From Solirubrobacteraceae bacterium (lineage in GTDB: Bacteria; Actinomycetota; Thermoleophilia; Solirubrobacterales; Solirubrobacteraceae): a DNA stretch of 64,000 bases. The notes under the pieces are model-generated. The model ran no database searches and had not been told where the DNA came from. It saw only the letters and a program-made list of their open reading frames with translations. Position numbers and translations under genes: made by a program. Positions 1 to 10,069 of this stretch are shown here, in pieces (within the stretch, counting starts at the first letter, position 1; every line of letters starts with the position of its first letter). The stretch lies in NCBI GenBank assembly GCA_051985625.1, contig JBPYFQ010000167.1:13973-77972 (forward strand), in the 5' to 3' direction.

Positions 1-36
1 TCACATGGACATCGTCACATGAGCCACAAGCCCGTT

Positions 37-942
37 TCAGGCGGGCGCGATCGTCGGCGCCGGAAGCGCCGTCCGAGCGGTTCGACGCCGGAGACGGAAG
101 CGCCAGATCCACATCTGACCCAGGGCCTTCACCCGCGACGGCCGCGCCAGCAGCCACCCGGCCTCGCGACGGGCGGACGTCAGCGACCGGCTCCGGCGGG
201 CGGCCTGGAGGGAATCCCAGGCGTTGACGGCCGCCACCCGCTCAATGAGTTGCTCGGTGCACCACGGCTCGGCGCGGTAGCTCTCCACCAGCCGCAGCAG
301 GTTGTCGCGCATCAGCACGGCATCACCCGACACCTGGCCGTCGTGGAGGTGGTAGATGTACCCCGGCTCGGGGCAGGCGAGGATTGTCCCCCGCGCCGCC
401 GTCCGGATCCACATGTCGAGGTCGGCGCCCGTCTTCCAGGGGCGAAACCCGTCCAGTTCCAGCAGAATGTCGCGCCGGGCCACGACGCCGCTGACCGGCA
501 CCGGGTTGCTCGGAAACACCAGATCCGCGGGACTGGCGATGACAGTCGGCCGCGAGGCCGGATGGCCGAGGAAGCGGACTTCGTCGCCCAGGCGATACAG
601 GGCCGTGGCGGCCACGGCCACGTGACCGTCCCGCCGCGGCCAGATCGTGGCCAGGTGGTCCGGCAGCCACTCGTCGTCGGAGTCCAGGAACCCGACCCAA
701 TCACACCGCGCGGCCCGCAACCCCGTGTTGCGTGCACCCGCCTCGCCGCGGTTCTCGTCGTGGCGGATGACGGTGGCACCGAGTGCACGCGCCACCGCGC
801 CGGTGTCATCGGAGGAGCAGTCATCGACGACGATGACCTCCTCCGGCGGGGAGGGTCGCTGAGCCAGCGCGCTGGTGACGGCGCGTTCGATCAGGTCCGT
901 TCGGTTGTACGCGGGAATGACTACCGAGACAGGAATCGACAC
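37..942 (-). CDS. Glycosyltransferase family 2
   Basis: SVVIPAYN start, IVVDDCSSD, GEAGARNTGL and FLDSDD (DxD) motifs of the GT-A fold. Confidence 0.9.
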   Translation of the reverse strand: MSIPVSVVIPAYNRTDLIERAVTSALAQRPSPPEEVIVVDDCSSDDTGAVARALGATVIRHDENRGEAGARNTGLRAARCDWVGFLDSDDEWLPDHLATIWPRRDGHVAVAATALYRLGDEVRFLGHPASRPTVIASPADLVFPSNPVPVSGVVARRDILLELDGFRPWKTGADLDMWIRTAARGTILACPEPGYIYHLHDGQVSGDAVLMRDNLLRLVESYRAEPWCTEQLIERVAAVNAWDSLQAARRSRSLTSARREAGWLLARPSRVKALGQMWIWRFRLRRRTARTALPAPTIAPA

Positions 943-1047
943 GGAACCCTCGTTGACGGTCGAGTGCGATTGTGCTCACTACAACAAGGGACGGCACACA
1001 CGGCGTTGTAAGATCGCCGCCTACCTGTGCCGAACAGCGAAGAGCAC

Positions 1048-1938
1048 ATGAGCCGCTCCACCGAGCAGCCCGCTGTCGCCATTGTAGTGCCGGTTCGCAA
1101 CGTCAGGGATCTGCTCCGGGAGTGCCTGGAGCCGATCCGGCGCCAGTTGGCCGAGCGCGACGCATTGGTGGTGGTGGACGATGCCTCCAGCGACGGGACC
1201 GCGGACGCGGCCGAGCGCCTCGGCGCCCGCGTCATCCGCCGTGGCAAACCGGGTGGACCGTATGCGGCCCGCAACGACGGCTGGCGCGGATGCGCCCAGG
1301 ATTACATCCTGTTCACGGATGTGCGCTGTGTCGTGCGTCCCGGATGGCTGGAGCGGATCCGAGCGGCGGCAGCCGGCGGCGGCGACCTGATCTTCTCCGA
1401 CATCGCCGTGCGGGGGGGACACCGGCTGGCCGAGCGGGTCGCCGAACGCCGCCAGCACCTGCTCGTCCGCCACTACGCGGCGACGCCGTATTTCCTGCCC
1501 TACTTCCCGACGGCCAACCTGGCGGTCCGCCGAGCGGCACTGGAGCAGGTCGACGGCTTTCGCATCATGCCGAGCGGCGGCGACGCCGATCTGTGCTGGC
1601 GAGTCCAGTTGGCCGGCTTCGATCGCGTCTGCGCCATCGATGAGACGCTCATGGAATGGCGCCCGCGGCCGACGGTGCCCGCGCTGTTGGAGCAGTGGGC
1701 CAAGTACGGCCGCAGCGGCGCTCGTCTGCGGATGGAGTACGCCGATCGGGGCGCCCCGGTGAAGCCCGCGCTCCACCCGCTGCACGCGGTCGCCCGCCAC
1801 GCCCGCCGCACCGGCCGGCGCCTGCCGGCCGAGGACGCCGGTTGGACCATCACGCTCGTCGACGGGCTCGTCGACCTGGTCGAGGAGCTCGCCTACGGCC
1901 AGACCGTCCGGCGGCTGCGGCGGGAGCGGGCCGCGTGA
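1048..1938 (+). CDS. Glycosyltransferase family 2
   Basis: AIVVPVRN, VVVDDASSDGT, GPYAARNDG, FTDVRC, GGDADLCWR. Start may be 1027 or 1048. Confidence 0.85.
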   Translation: MSRSTEQPAVAIVVPVRNVRDLLRECLEPIRRQLAERDALVVVDDASSDGTADAAERLGARVIRRGKPGGPYAARNDGWRGCAQDYILFTDVRCVVRPGWLERIRAAAAGGGDLIFSDIAVRGGHRLAERVAERRQHLLVRHYAATPYFLPYFPTANLAVRRAALEQVDGFRIMPSGGDADLCWRVQLAGFDRVCAIDETLMEWRPRPTVPALLEQWAKYGRSGARLRMEYADRGAPVKPALHPLHAVARHARRTGRRLPAEDAGWTITLVDGLVDLVEELAYGQTVRRLRRERAA

Positions 1939-2948
1939 GCGATGAGCCGGTCGTCGCCTATGTGGTCCTCTGTCATCACAAGGCGCCGCAGGTCCTGCGA
2001 CTGGCGGAGACGATCCGGCGTCTGAGCCCCCGCGCCCGGGTGCTCATCCGCCACAACCGGCCGTCCGGCTACATCGATGCCGAGCAGGCCGCCGCCGCCG
2101 GCGCCGACCTGCTCGTGTCGGACATCGCCACGAGCTGGGGTGGATGGTCGCTGGTCGCCGCCACGCTCGAGGCGTTTGCCGACGTCCGATGCCGCCACGA
2201 CCCTGACTGGGTCGTCCTCATCTCAGGCCAGGATTACCCGATCCGCCGGCTCGACGAGTGGGAGGCGGAGCTGCTGGCCGGCGACCGCGACGCCGTGGTG
2301 CCCGCCGAGCGGCTCGGCGAGGGCCGGTTCGGGCTGCGCCCCCGGGCGCAGCGCGACGGGCTGGTCATGCGCTACACGCACCGCTGGTACCGCCTGCCGC
2401 AGCTCGGCATCGTGCCGCGCCTGCCGCGCGTGCTCGTCCGGGCCGTGCGCGCGGTCTGGTACCGGTACCTGTTCGGGCTGCAGGCGCTCCTGGTCCTCAA
2501 CGAGCTTCCGCGCGGTCAGGGCTGGATGCTCGGCGTGCGCCGCCGGCGCGTGCCCTGGACGCCGGAGCATCCCAGCTACAAGGGCGAGCAGTGGGTGGCG
2601 CTGTCACGCCGGGCGCTGGCTGCCGCGCTCGACGGCGAGCGGGCCCGGGACTGGCAGCGCTACTTCGCCACCACACTCGTCCCGGACGAGGCGTATTTCC
2701 AGACGCTGCTGATCAACGACCCCGGAATGCGCGTGCGCCGTCAGCGCGTGTCCTGGCTGCGCTGGCAAGAGGACGTGACCAAGCCGCACCCCGTCACCGT
2801 GGACCGGGCGGCGCTGGCCGAGGCCGTTGCCTCCGGTGCACCGTTCGCACGCAAGTTCGACGAGGCGGTCACGCCCGGCCTGCTCGACGACGTCGACGAG
2901 CGGCTCCTCGACCTGCCGGCTCAGCGCCGTCCGGTCACCTCGTCGTAG
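1935..2948 (+). CDS. Core-2/I-branching-type glycosyltransferase (GT14-like)
   Basis: GTG at 1935 overlaps the previous stop (GTGA). AYVVLCH, WGGWSLV, LISGQDYPI, GEQWVALSR, PDEAYFQT and FARKFD are GT14 hallmarks. Confidence 0.85.
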   Translation: MSDEPVVAYVVLCHHKAPQVLRLAETIRRLSPRARVLIRHNRPSGYIDAEQAAAAGADLLVSDIATSWGGWSLVAATLEAFADVRCRHDPDWVVLISGQDYPIRRLDEWEAELLAGDRDAVVPAERLGEGRFGLRPRAQRDGLVMRYTHRWYRLPQLGIVPRLPRVLVRAVRAVWYRYLFGLQALLVLNELPRGQGWMLGVRRRRVPWTPEHPSYKGEQWVALSRRALAAALDGERARDWQRYFATTLVPDEAYFQTLLINDPGMRVRRQRVSWLRWQEDVTKPHPVTVDRAALAEAVASGAPFARKFDEAVTPGLLDDVDERLLDLPAQRRPVTSS

Positions 2949-3003
2949 AAGGGCTCCTGTCGCGCCGCCTGCCCGTCAGGCGTCTTGGGCTAGCCTGCCC
3001 CGG

Positions 3004-3573
3004 GTGCCGCTGATCCCGCCGCCGCTGACGGATCCGATCTGGGCGCGCCTGCTGGTGCGTGCCCGCGGGCGGTGGATGGCGATGCGTCATCCCGCGCTCC
3101 GGCGCGCGCCCGGACTGGCGCTCTCCGCCGGGACCGCCGTCCAGGTCGCGCCCGGTGCGACGATCGACATCGCACCGGGGTTCGTGGCCCGCCGGGACCT
3201 GACGCTCACCGTCCAGGGCCGCCTGAGCATCGGCCGCGGCATGTTCTGCAACCGGGGCGTGATGCTCGCCGCCATGCACGATGTCGTCATCGGCGACGAC
3301 GTCCGGCTGGGGGAGCGGGTGTCGATCATCGACCACAATCACATCATCGAGCCGCTCAACGACATGGCGGCGCGGTTCGGCGCGTATGAGGCCGCGCCGA
3401 TCGTCATCGGCGACCGCGTTCTGATCGGCGCCAACTGCGTGATCCTGGCCGGTTCACGCATCGGGGACGACGCCGTGATCGGCGCCGGGTCGGTGGTGCG
3501 CGGTGAGATCCCGCCGGGCGTGCTGGCGGTCGGCGCGCCGGCGACTGTCAAGCGGGCGCTGCGGGCGGCGTAG
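3004..3573 (+). CDS. Hexapeptide-repeat (LbH) sugar O-acyltransferase
   Basis: IVIGDRVLIGANCVILAGSRIGDDAVIGAGSVV repeats and IIDHNH. TAGCCT lies 7 nt upstream of GTG 3004. Confidence 0.85.
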   Translation: MPLIPPPLTDPIWARLLVRARGRWMAMRHPALRRAPGLALSAGTAVQVAPGATIDIAPGFVARRDLTLTVQGRLSIGRGMFCNRGVMLAAMHDVVIGDDVRLGERVSIIDHNHIIEPLNDMAARFGAYEAAPIVIGDRVLIGANCVILAGSRIGDDAVIGAGSVVRGEIPPGVLAVGAPATVKRALRAA

Positions 3574-4671
3574 GCGCACGGGCGCCGGCCCGCGCTCGGA
3601 CATCGCCATGTAGAAGGCGTGGCCGACCAGAGAGCACACCACGATGCCGAGGATCGCCATCGGCCATGAGCGCGTGCTGATTGCGCCGAACCACACGATC
3701 TGCAGCAGGAAGATGTGGTACGAGGCCCGCCCAAGGCGCTCGAGCAGGCTGTACGCCCCGTTCGTGGACTGCGCCGGGAGCAGGCGCAGGCCGAGGACCG
3801 TCAGCCACACGGCGTACAGGAAGCTGATGAAGTTGGTGGTGCGGCTGAACGAGGGCACCAGCCAGCCGAAGCTGAGGGGGTTCTGGTGCAGGACGATCAG
3901 ATAGATGACGCCGACGAGCGCGCCGGCGCTCAACAGCGCGAACCCCCGCCGGCCGAGCTCGATCCGGCTCAGCCATACGCCGGCCATGATGGCCAGCCCG
4001 TACTTGACGATCGCCGCCTCGTAGATGTAGCCGTGCGCCGGCCCGGTCATGTTGAACATGTGAACGTGCGGAGCCAGCAGCTCAAAGCCCACATCGGCCA
4101 CGGCCACGGCGATGGTGGTGGCCATCGGGGCGCGGGTGAAGCACCAGAACACGAGTGGGAACAGCACCGCGAACTCCAGCACGATCGTCACGAAATAGTT
4201 ACCGGGCGCGCTGGAGATGGGGAGGACGCCGACGAGCGTCAGCGGCCCCAGGTGGAACTCGCCCACGAGCAGGGCCACCACGAGCGCCACCGGCCAGATC
4301 CAGAGGATCGGCACGACGAGCCGCTCAAATCGGCTCTTCAGATAGCTCCGGCTGTACAGGTCCGAGAGCGAGCCCGGCGCGCGCCGGGCCATCGACTGCG
4401 CGGCGTTGAGGCCCATGATCACGAAGAACACCGGCACCGCCTGTCCGGCGTACAGGATCTCCCAGGAGTGCTGGAGGAACCCGTCGCCGAACGCGTGCTG
4501 CACCATGACGCCGATGATCGCCAGTCCCTTGAGGACGTCGATCTGGCGCACCCGGCCGGGCCGGCGATTGGGGGTCGCCGGCCGAGTGGGGGCGCCACGG
4601 CGGGTGGGGGCGCCGCGACGGGAGCCGGGGAGGCGAGAGATTGTGGGCGTCTCCACGAGGCGAGTGCTCAT
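3454..4671 (-). CDS. Acyltransferase family 3 (membrane O-acyltransferase)
   Basis: IDVLKGLAIIGVMVQH, AVPVFFVIMG, LGRASYHIFLLQ, multiple TM segments. The 3' end overlaps the convergent acyltransferase. Confidence 0.85.
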   Translation of the reverse strand: MSTRLVETPTISRLPGSRRGAPTRRGAPTRPATPNRRPGRVRQIDVLKGLAIIGVMVQHAFGDGFLQHSWEILYAGQAVPVFFVIMGLNAAQSMARRAPGSLSDLYSRSYLKSRFERLVVPILWIWPVALVVALLVGEFHLGPLTLVGVLPISSAPGNYFVTIVLEFAVLFPLVFWCFTRAPMATTIAVAVADVGFELLAPHVHMFNMTGPAHGYIYEAAIVKYGLAIMAGVWLSRIELGRRGFALLSAGALVGVIYLIVLHQNPLSFGWLVPSFSRTTNFISFLYAVWLTVLGLRLLPAQSTNGAYSLLERLGRASYHIFLLQIVWFGAISTRSWPMAILGIVVCSLVGHAFYMAMSERGPAPVRLRRPQRPLDSRRRADRQHARRDLTAHHRPGADHGVVPDA

Positions 4672-4808
4672 CGGAGCTGATTCAGGCTAGTAGACGGCAC
4701 GCGGCCGGTGTCACTGTTCCAGACACCCGGGGGAACCGGGGGTTGCGGCTCAAGGCGATCGGGCAGCGTGTCGATATGAAGAGTGCACCGGGGACGCCTG
4801 AACCAAAC

Positions 4809-5828
4809 ATGAGCTGTTCGCGTCGCCACTCCCTCCCCCTCCTGCTGGTCCTCCTGCTGGCCGTGCTGATCCCGTCATGCGCCCAGGGGGACGGCTCCAC
4901 CGCGCACAGCCGCGCGGGCGCCGCCGACGTCCGGTGGCCCGGCCGGCCGTTTTCGCCGTCCAGTTTCTGGAACCGGCCGCTGGGCGCAGACCCGACGCTG
5001 TCGCCGCTGTCGACCCATTACGTGGCCGAACTCGTGCGCCAGGTGCACGACTACCACCCGTGGATGAACACCACCTCCTACAGCATCCCGGTGTATGTGG
5101 TGGGGAGGCACCAGCGAACGCAGCATGTGACACTTGACACATGGGGTCCGGACCTGCAACGTGCGTTTGATCACGTGCCCATCCCGCGCCACGCCCTGGC
5201 CGCGGCCGGCACCGATGCCAGCATGACGGTGTGGCAGCCGTCGAGGAACCGGCTGTGGGACTTCTGGCAGATGCGCAAGAAGCACGGCCGGTGGAACGCG
5301 CGCTGGGGCGGCGAGATGGACGATGTCTCCGGAAACCCCGGGTATTTCACACACTCCGGCCAGAGCAGCGGCTGGGGAGCGACCGCCACCGGTCTCCCGC
5401 TGCTGGGCGGACTGGTCACGTTCGCCGACCTCAGGCGGGGTTACATCAACCACGCCCTGGCCATGGCCCTGGTCGAGACGCAGTGGGCCAAGTTCAGCTG
5501 GCCGGCCCAGCGCACCGACGGGAGCAGCTTCACCAAGGGGATCTTCCCGATTCCGGAGGGGATGCGGTTCCGGCTGGACCCGCGCTTGAACATCGCCGCC
5601 CTGCACCTTCCCAAAATTGACCGGATGCTGGCCCACGCTGCGCAAAGGTACGGAATCGTGGTGCGGGACAAGGCGGGTTCGGTCGTGTTCTACGGGCAGG
5701 ATCCGGTGACCCAGGCGGTCAACCCGTGGCCGGCCGCCTTCGGCGGCCAGTACCCCAATCAGGCGCTGGCGCAGTTTCCGTGGTCACACCTGCAGGCGCT
5801 GGCGCCGAAGATGGCGTGCTGTTGGTGA
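4809..5828 (+). CDS. Secreted/lipoprotein hypothetical protein, aromatic-rich, possibly carbohydrate-active
   Basis: Hydrophobic N-terminal segment ending IPSC followed by a Trp/Tyr-rich globular domain. Family not recognised and start uncertain. Confidence 0.6.
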   Translation: MSCSRRHSLPLLLVLLLAVLIPSCAQGDGSTAHSRAGAADVRWPGRPFSPSSFWNRPLGADPTLSPLSTHYVAELVRQVHDYHPWMNTTSYSIPVYVVGRHQRTQHVTLDTWGPDLQRAFDHVPIPRHALAAAGTDASMTVWQPSRNRLWDFWQMRKKHGRWNARWGGEMDDVSGNPGYFTHSGQSSGWGATATGLPLLGGLVTFADLRRGYINHALAMALVETQWAKFSWPAQRTDGSSFTKGIFPIPEGMRFRLDPRLNIAALHLPKIDRMLAHAAQRYGIVVRDKAGSVVFYGQDPVTQAVNPWPAAFGGQYPNQALAQFPWSHLQALAPKMACCW

Positions 5829-5872
5829 CCTGACCTCGCCGTCGCTCACCATTCCTCTGCATACTGCGGAGG

Positions 5873-7018
5873 GTGAGCACCCCTGAGCGCCGGCTGGCGC
5901 TGTTGCTGTGTGGCACCCGGAGAGCGCGGGAGGACCGGGGGCACGAGATACCCGAGCTCCTGCGGCGGATCGACGCGTCCCGGTTCGTCGGCCTGCTCGA
6001 CGAGCTGCGCCTGGCCAGCCTGCTCGGCCACCGCCTCCTGGCGCTTGACGGGGCGCTCGGGGAGCCGCTTCACCCGTGGCTCGAGGCCGAGCTGCAGGCG
6101 CGGATCGACCGGGCCCGAGAGGACGGCACCGCGCACGAGCTCATCAGCCTGGCCGTGCTGGCCAGCCTGGAGCGGGCTGGCATCACCGCGCTCGGCCTGA
6201 AGGGAAGCATCCTGGCCCGCCAGCTCTACGACGACCCGGGGGCCCGCACGGTGGGAGACATCGACATCCTCGTCACCGCGGCGGATCTCGATCACGCGGT
6301 CGAGACGGTGACGCGGATGGGGTGGAGGCATGACCGGCCGCCAGCCCGCGCCACCCGACTCCCCGTGCTGCACGAGACGCTGTCCCGCGACGGGCTGCCC
6401 CAGGTGGAGCTGCACTGGCGGGTGCACTGGTACGAGACACAGTTCGCCGCCGATGTGCTGGCCCGCGCGCAGCGGTCCGAGCCCCATCAGCCCCTGGTCA
6501 TGACGCCGGCCGACGGCCTTGCCGCCATGCTGCTGTTCTACGCCCGCGACGGGTTCTACGGGTTGCGGCTGGCCGCCGACGTGGCCGCCTGGTGGGACCG
6601 GCGCTGCGCGGAGGTCGACCCCAACCCGCAGGTGGACACGGTCGCGACCGCGTACCCGGCGCTGGCGGCGCCGCTCGAGGTGTCGGCGACGTTGCTGCGC
6701 GCGCTGGTGGGCCTGCCCACGGACGCGGCGCCGACCACGGCGCGCCGCCGGCTGGCCGGCCAGTTGGCCACGCCGTTTGGAGACGTCGATCCGGCGCAGG
6801 TCCTGGCCAACGCCAGCCTCGTCGATCTGCTGCTGGCGCCGAGCGGGCAACGGGTCGGCGCGGTCGGCCGGGAGTTGCAGAAGATCCCGGAGGACCTGGC
6901 GCGCCCGTTGCGTCCGAAGGATGGCCTGGCGGCCTATCTGGAGCGCTCCGAGCATGGTCTGCGCGTCTTTCGCCGGTGGGCGATCGCGCTCGTGTCGGCC
7001 GTGCGTGGTCGAAGCTGA
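5873..7018 (+). CDS. Nucleotidyltransferase family protein (NTP_transf_5-like, lasso-cluster type)
   Basis: LKGSILA...ARTVGDIDILV and VELHWR motifs. This family occurs in phosphorylated-lasso-peptide clusters. Confidence 0.85.
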   Translation: MSTPERRLALLLCGTRRAREDRGHEIPELLRRIDASRFVGLLDELRLASLLGHRLLALDGALGEPLHPWLEAELQARIDRAREDGTAHELISLAVLASLERAGITALGLKGSILARQLYDDPGARTVGDIDILVTAADLDHAVETVTRMGWRHDRPPARATRLPVLHETLSRDGLPQVELHWRVHWYETQFAADVLARAQRSEPHQPLVMTPADGLAAMLLFYARDGFYGLRLAADVAAWWDRRCAEVDPNPQVDTVATAYPALAAPLEVSATLLRALVGLPTDAAPTTARRRLAGQLATPFGDVDPAQVLANASLVDLLLAPSGQRVGAVGRELQKIPEDLARPLRPKDGLAAYLERSEHGLRVFRRWAIALVSAVRGRS

Positions 7019-7067
7019 ACCTGCGTCCTGTCCGCGGGAGATCTGCCGGCATGACCTCCCAGCGGTT
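6971..7067 (+). repeat. 97-bp direct repeat, copy 1 (nucleotidyltransferase 3' end, spacer, remnant of ABC ATPase start)
   Basis: Ungapped alignment with 13388-13484, 9 mismatches counted by eye. Confidence 0.9.
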
Positions 7068-7118
7068 CGTCAGCCGGCCCTATTGAGCTGACGCGACGGG
7101 GGGTAGGCTGACGCGACG

Positions 7119-7916
7119 ATGCTCGCTCCGTTTCGCTTGCCCCCCCACTACGAAGAGTTCAATCGGCGCCACCACGCGCCCGACGGGACCCGGTTCCGCA
7201 ACCGGTTCCAAAACCGGCTACGCCGCCTGGAGCGGAGCCAGTTGCGGCTGCGGTTGGCCGGCCCGTACGCCTGGCAGTCCAACAACACCACGCGTGCCTT
7301 CGAATATCCCTGGGCCCACGAGCAGATCCACGGGCTTGGCTCCAAGCTGGTCATCGCCGACGTCGGAGCGAGCCTGGCCGGCCTGCAGTTCACGCTCGCC
7401 CAGGAGGGCTATGAGGTGCACGCCGTGGATCCCGGCCTGAACGCAACCGGCGTGGGCTGGGAGGTCGACCCGACGTTTCACCAACTCCTGGCCGAGACCT
7501 ACCGGGCTCCGGTGACGCTGCACCCCACGACGTTTGACCAGGCCGGCTTCGACGACGGCAGCCTCGATGTGGTCCTGTCGGTGTCCACAATCGAGCACTT
7601 CGGGCCCGAAGACCTCGACGCTTTCGCGCAGAGCGCCCGCCGGGCGCTGAAGCCCGGGGGTCATCTCGTCCTCACCATCGACCTGTTCTTGGACCTCGTC
7701 CCGTTCACGGACCGCGAGCGCAACCGCTGGGGCACCAACATGAGCGTGGCCGCGCTCACCGAGGCGTTGGGGGCCACCCTGGTCGTCGGCGACCCCAAGG
7801 TCCTCTACGGCTTCCCCGAGTTCGATGCGCGCCAGGTCCAGGCCGATCTCGGCCAGTACATGATCGGCACCTATCCAACGTTGACGCAGTGCGTGGTCGT
7901 CCGGGTCGGGCCCTGA
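7119..7916 (+). CDS. Class I SAM-dependent methyltransferase
   Basis: IADVGASLAG motif I, VHAVDP, DVVLSVSTIEH, LKPGGHLVLT. Confidence 0.85.
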   Translation: MLAPFRLPPHYEEFNRRHHAPDGTRFRNRFQNRLRRLERSQLRLRLAGPYAWQSNNTTRAFEYPWAHEQIHGLGSKLVIADVGASLAGLQFTLAQEGYEVHAVDPGLNATGVGWEVDPTFHQLLAETYRAPVTLHPTTFDQAGFDDGSLDVVLSVSTIEHFGPEDLDAFAQSARRALKPGGHLVLTIDLFLDLVPFTDRERNRWGTNMSVAALTEALGATLVVGDPKVLYGFPEFDARQVQADLGQYMIGTYPTLTQCVVVRVGP

Positions 7917-7992
7917 CGCGCGTGCTCGAGTACGGCAGGCGGCGACCCACCCGCGATGCTACGTTTGCCGCAATGATCGGCACGCACCTCCT

Positions 7993-8787
7993 GTGAGGCC
8001 CAGCGAGGCGCGAGAGCTTGCGAAGGCCAGCCGTGACATTCACGGGTGGTTTGAGGCGCATGGCCTGTTTGCACTGATCGACTCCGCACAGCGCGCCGCG
8101 GGCATCCGCGGCAACCTGTTCGAGATCGGAGCGCATCACGGCAAGAGCACGGTGATGCTTGGCCGGATGGCCACCGAGACCGAGACCGTCGGCGTCTGTG
8201 ACATCTTCGGCGAGCAGCACCGCAACGTCTCCGGCTCGGGCTTGGGTGACCGTGCGACGTTCGAGCGCAACATAGAGCGGCTCGCGCCGGGGCGCGAGCT
8301 GCAGGTGCACCAATGCCTCTCGAGCGAACTGGCCGGCGATCAGCTCGGCCCGTGTCGTTTCTTTCACATCGACGGCGGGCATCTCAGCGACGAGGCGATG
8401 AGCGATCTGCGGCTCGGTGCCGAGGTTACGCTCGAGCGCGGAGTCATCGTCATCGATGATCCGTACCGGATCGAGTGGCCGGGCGTCACCGAGGCAATCG
8501 TGGGGTTTCTGAGCGAACGCGACGACTGGGCGCCCGTCGCCTTGGGCTTCAACAAGCTCGTTCTGTGCCACAGAGTCAACCTGGAGCTCTACTCGGCCGC
8601 GGTGCAGAGCGACGATGTGTGGTCCTACATCGATGGGCGGGTCTACGACCGCAAGCGCCTGCCGCTCGTCGGGACCGAGACGACGATCTTCTACGTGCCC
8701 ACCTACCGGCAGATTCCTGAGCTCTTACCGGCCGTCGCGCGGGCTCGATGGCTCTACAGCGCGGTCCGCCGCCGGCTCGGTCGCTGA
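7993..8787 (+). CDS. Class I SAM-dependent methyltransferase (Methyltransf_24-like)
   Basis: LFEIGAHHGKS, FFHIDGGH, GVIVIDD...WPGV. Confidence 0.85.
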   Translation: MRPSEARELAKASRDIHGWFEAHGLFALIDSAQRAAGIRGNLFEIGAHHGKSTVMLGRMATETETVGVCDIFGEQHRNVSGSGLGDRATFERNIERLAPGRELQVHQCLSSELAGDQLGPCRFFHIDGGHLSDEAMSDLRLGAEVTLERGVIVIDDPYRIEWPGVTEAIVGFLSERDDWAPVALGFNKLVLCHRVNLELYSAAVQSDDVWSYIDGRVYDRKRLPLVGTETTIFYVPTYRQIPELLPAVARARWLYSAVRRRLGR

Positions 8788-8840
8788 CTCTCACAGGAGG
8801 CGGCCGACCTCTTGAGCCGCCTTGGCTACGCTCAGCGGCT

Positions 8841-10058
8841 GTGCCATCGCCTGCCCCATCCATCAATGCCGATGACGCCGCGATCGAGGACGCGATCGGC
8901 CGCGAGCCCCTCACCATCGGATTCCTTCACCTCGGGACCGAGCAGGGCGGAATCCACCGCGACGGGCGGATGCTCGCCACGCGCCTGAGCGAGCGAGCGG
9001 GTCTGCGCGCCGTGGAGTGTGCTGTGGACGTCACCGGCGGAGGCGTGGCGGGCATGCGCAGGCTCCTCGGGGCGGCACGCGCCCTCGCCGGCGCCGACGT
9101 CACGATCGTCCCCTATAGCCCCAATCGGCTCTGGGCGGGCGGCCGCACTCAGCTCGCGCAGCTTGCGCTCGCCCTGCTCGCACTCTCACGGCCGGTGGCC
9201 GTGCTCCATGATGTGTATCCATCGCGTCCGTGGCGCTCGCGCGATTGGTGGGCGTTGGCCATATGTGCCCTGCTGAGCCGGGCGGTCGTGGTCCACGAGG
9301 AGCACGAGTTGACCACGCTCGAACCGGTTCCGCGGGGTGGCCGCGTGTTCAGAGTTCCGCTGGCTACCGAGGCGATGTCGCTGCCCCCGAGGTCGCGGGC
9401 ACGCGCCGCGCTCGGCGTCAGCGAGTCCGCCGTTGTGCTCGGGATGGTCGGCTGGATCCATCGCCGCAAGAACTGCGAGCGCGCCATCCAGGTGCTCGCG
9501 CGGCTGCCCGAGGGCGCGCAGCTGTGGCTGATCGGGGCGGCGACTCCCGACGCGACGTCCTACTGTGAGGAGCTCACAAAGCTCGCCGACGATCTCGGAG
9601 TCGCCGACCGACTCACCATCACGGGCTATGTGTCTGACGACGAGCTGCACTGCCGCCTGGCGGCGATCGACCTGGCGCTCGCGCCGTACTCAGCGATTGC
9701 GGCGTCCGCCTCCGTCTCCACGCTGATCGGCGCCCGTCGTCCCGTGGTCGCCAGCGATCTGGCCGTCACCCGGGAGCTTCACGACATGGCTCCGGAGGCC
9801 ATCCGGCTCGCCGATGACGCCGAAGCGATGGCCAGGCTGGTGGAATCAGTCCTAGCCGATCTCCCCGGTGACGTCGCGTTCACGCCGATTCTGCGCGCAC
9901 GCTCGCCCGAGGCGGTCGCCACTTCGTTTGAACGGATCTGTCGCACCGCGGTACGCAAACGGAATCGTGGCGTTCGCACTTCAAGGCATCGTCCCGTGCG
10001 CACGCGCCACGGAGCCACGATGCCGCGCGCTGAGCGTACTGGCGCGACAGACGGGTAG
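8841..10058 (+). CDS. Glycosyltransferase family 4 (GT-B)
   Basis: GWIHRRKN, ITGYVSD, DLALAPY...RPVVASD. TACGCT upstream of GTG 8841 supports this start. Confidence 0.8.
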   Translation: MPSPAPSINADDAAIEDAIGREPLTIGFLHLGTEQGGIHRDGRMLATRLSERAGLRAVECAVDVTGGGVAGMRRLLGAARALAGADVTIVPYSPNRLWAGGRTQLAQLALALLALSRPVAVLHDVYPSRPWRSRDWWALAICALLSRAVVVHEEHELTTLEPVPRGGRVFRVPLATEAMSLPPRSRARAALGVSESAVVLGMVGWIHRRKNCERAIQVLARLPEGAQLWLIGAATPDATSYCEELTKLADDLGVADRLTITGYVSDDELHCRLAAIDLALAPYSAIAASASVSTLIGARRPVVASDLAVTRELHDMAPEAIRLADDAEAMARLVESVLADLPGDVAFTPILRARSPEAVATSFERICRTAVRKRNRGVRTSRHRPVRTRHGATMPRAERTGATDG

Positions 10059-10069
10059 GCTCCGGCTGC

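Noticed and set aside
4575-4625. Short coding repeats (RRGAPT x2; also GSPGS in the rhomboid tail and the Gly/Thr tail of FtsQ)
   Set aside because: Ordinary low-complexity linker expansions.
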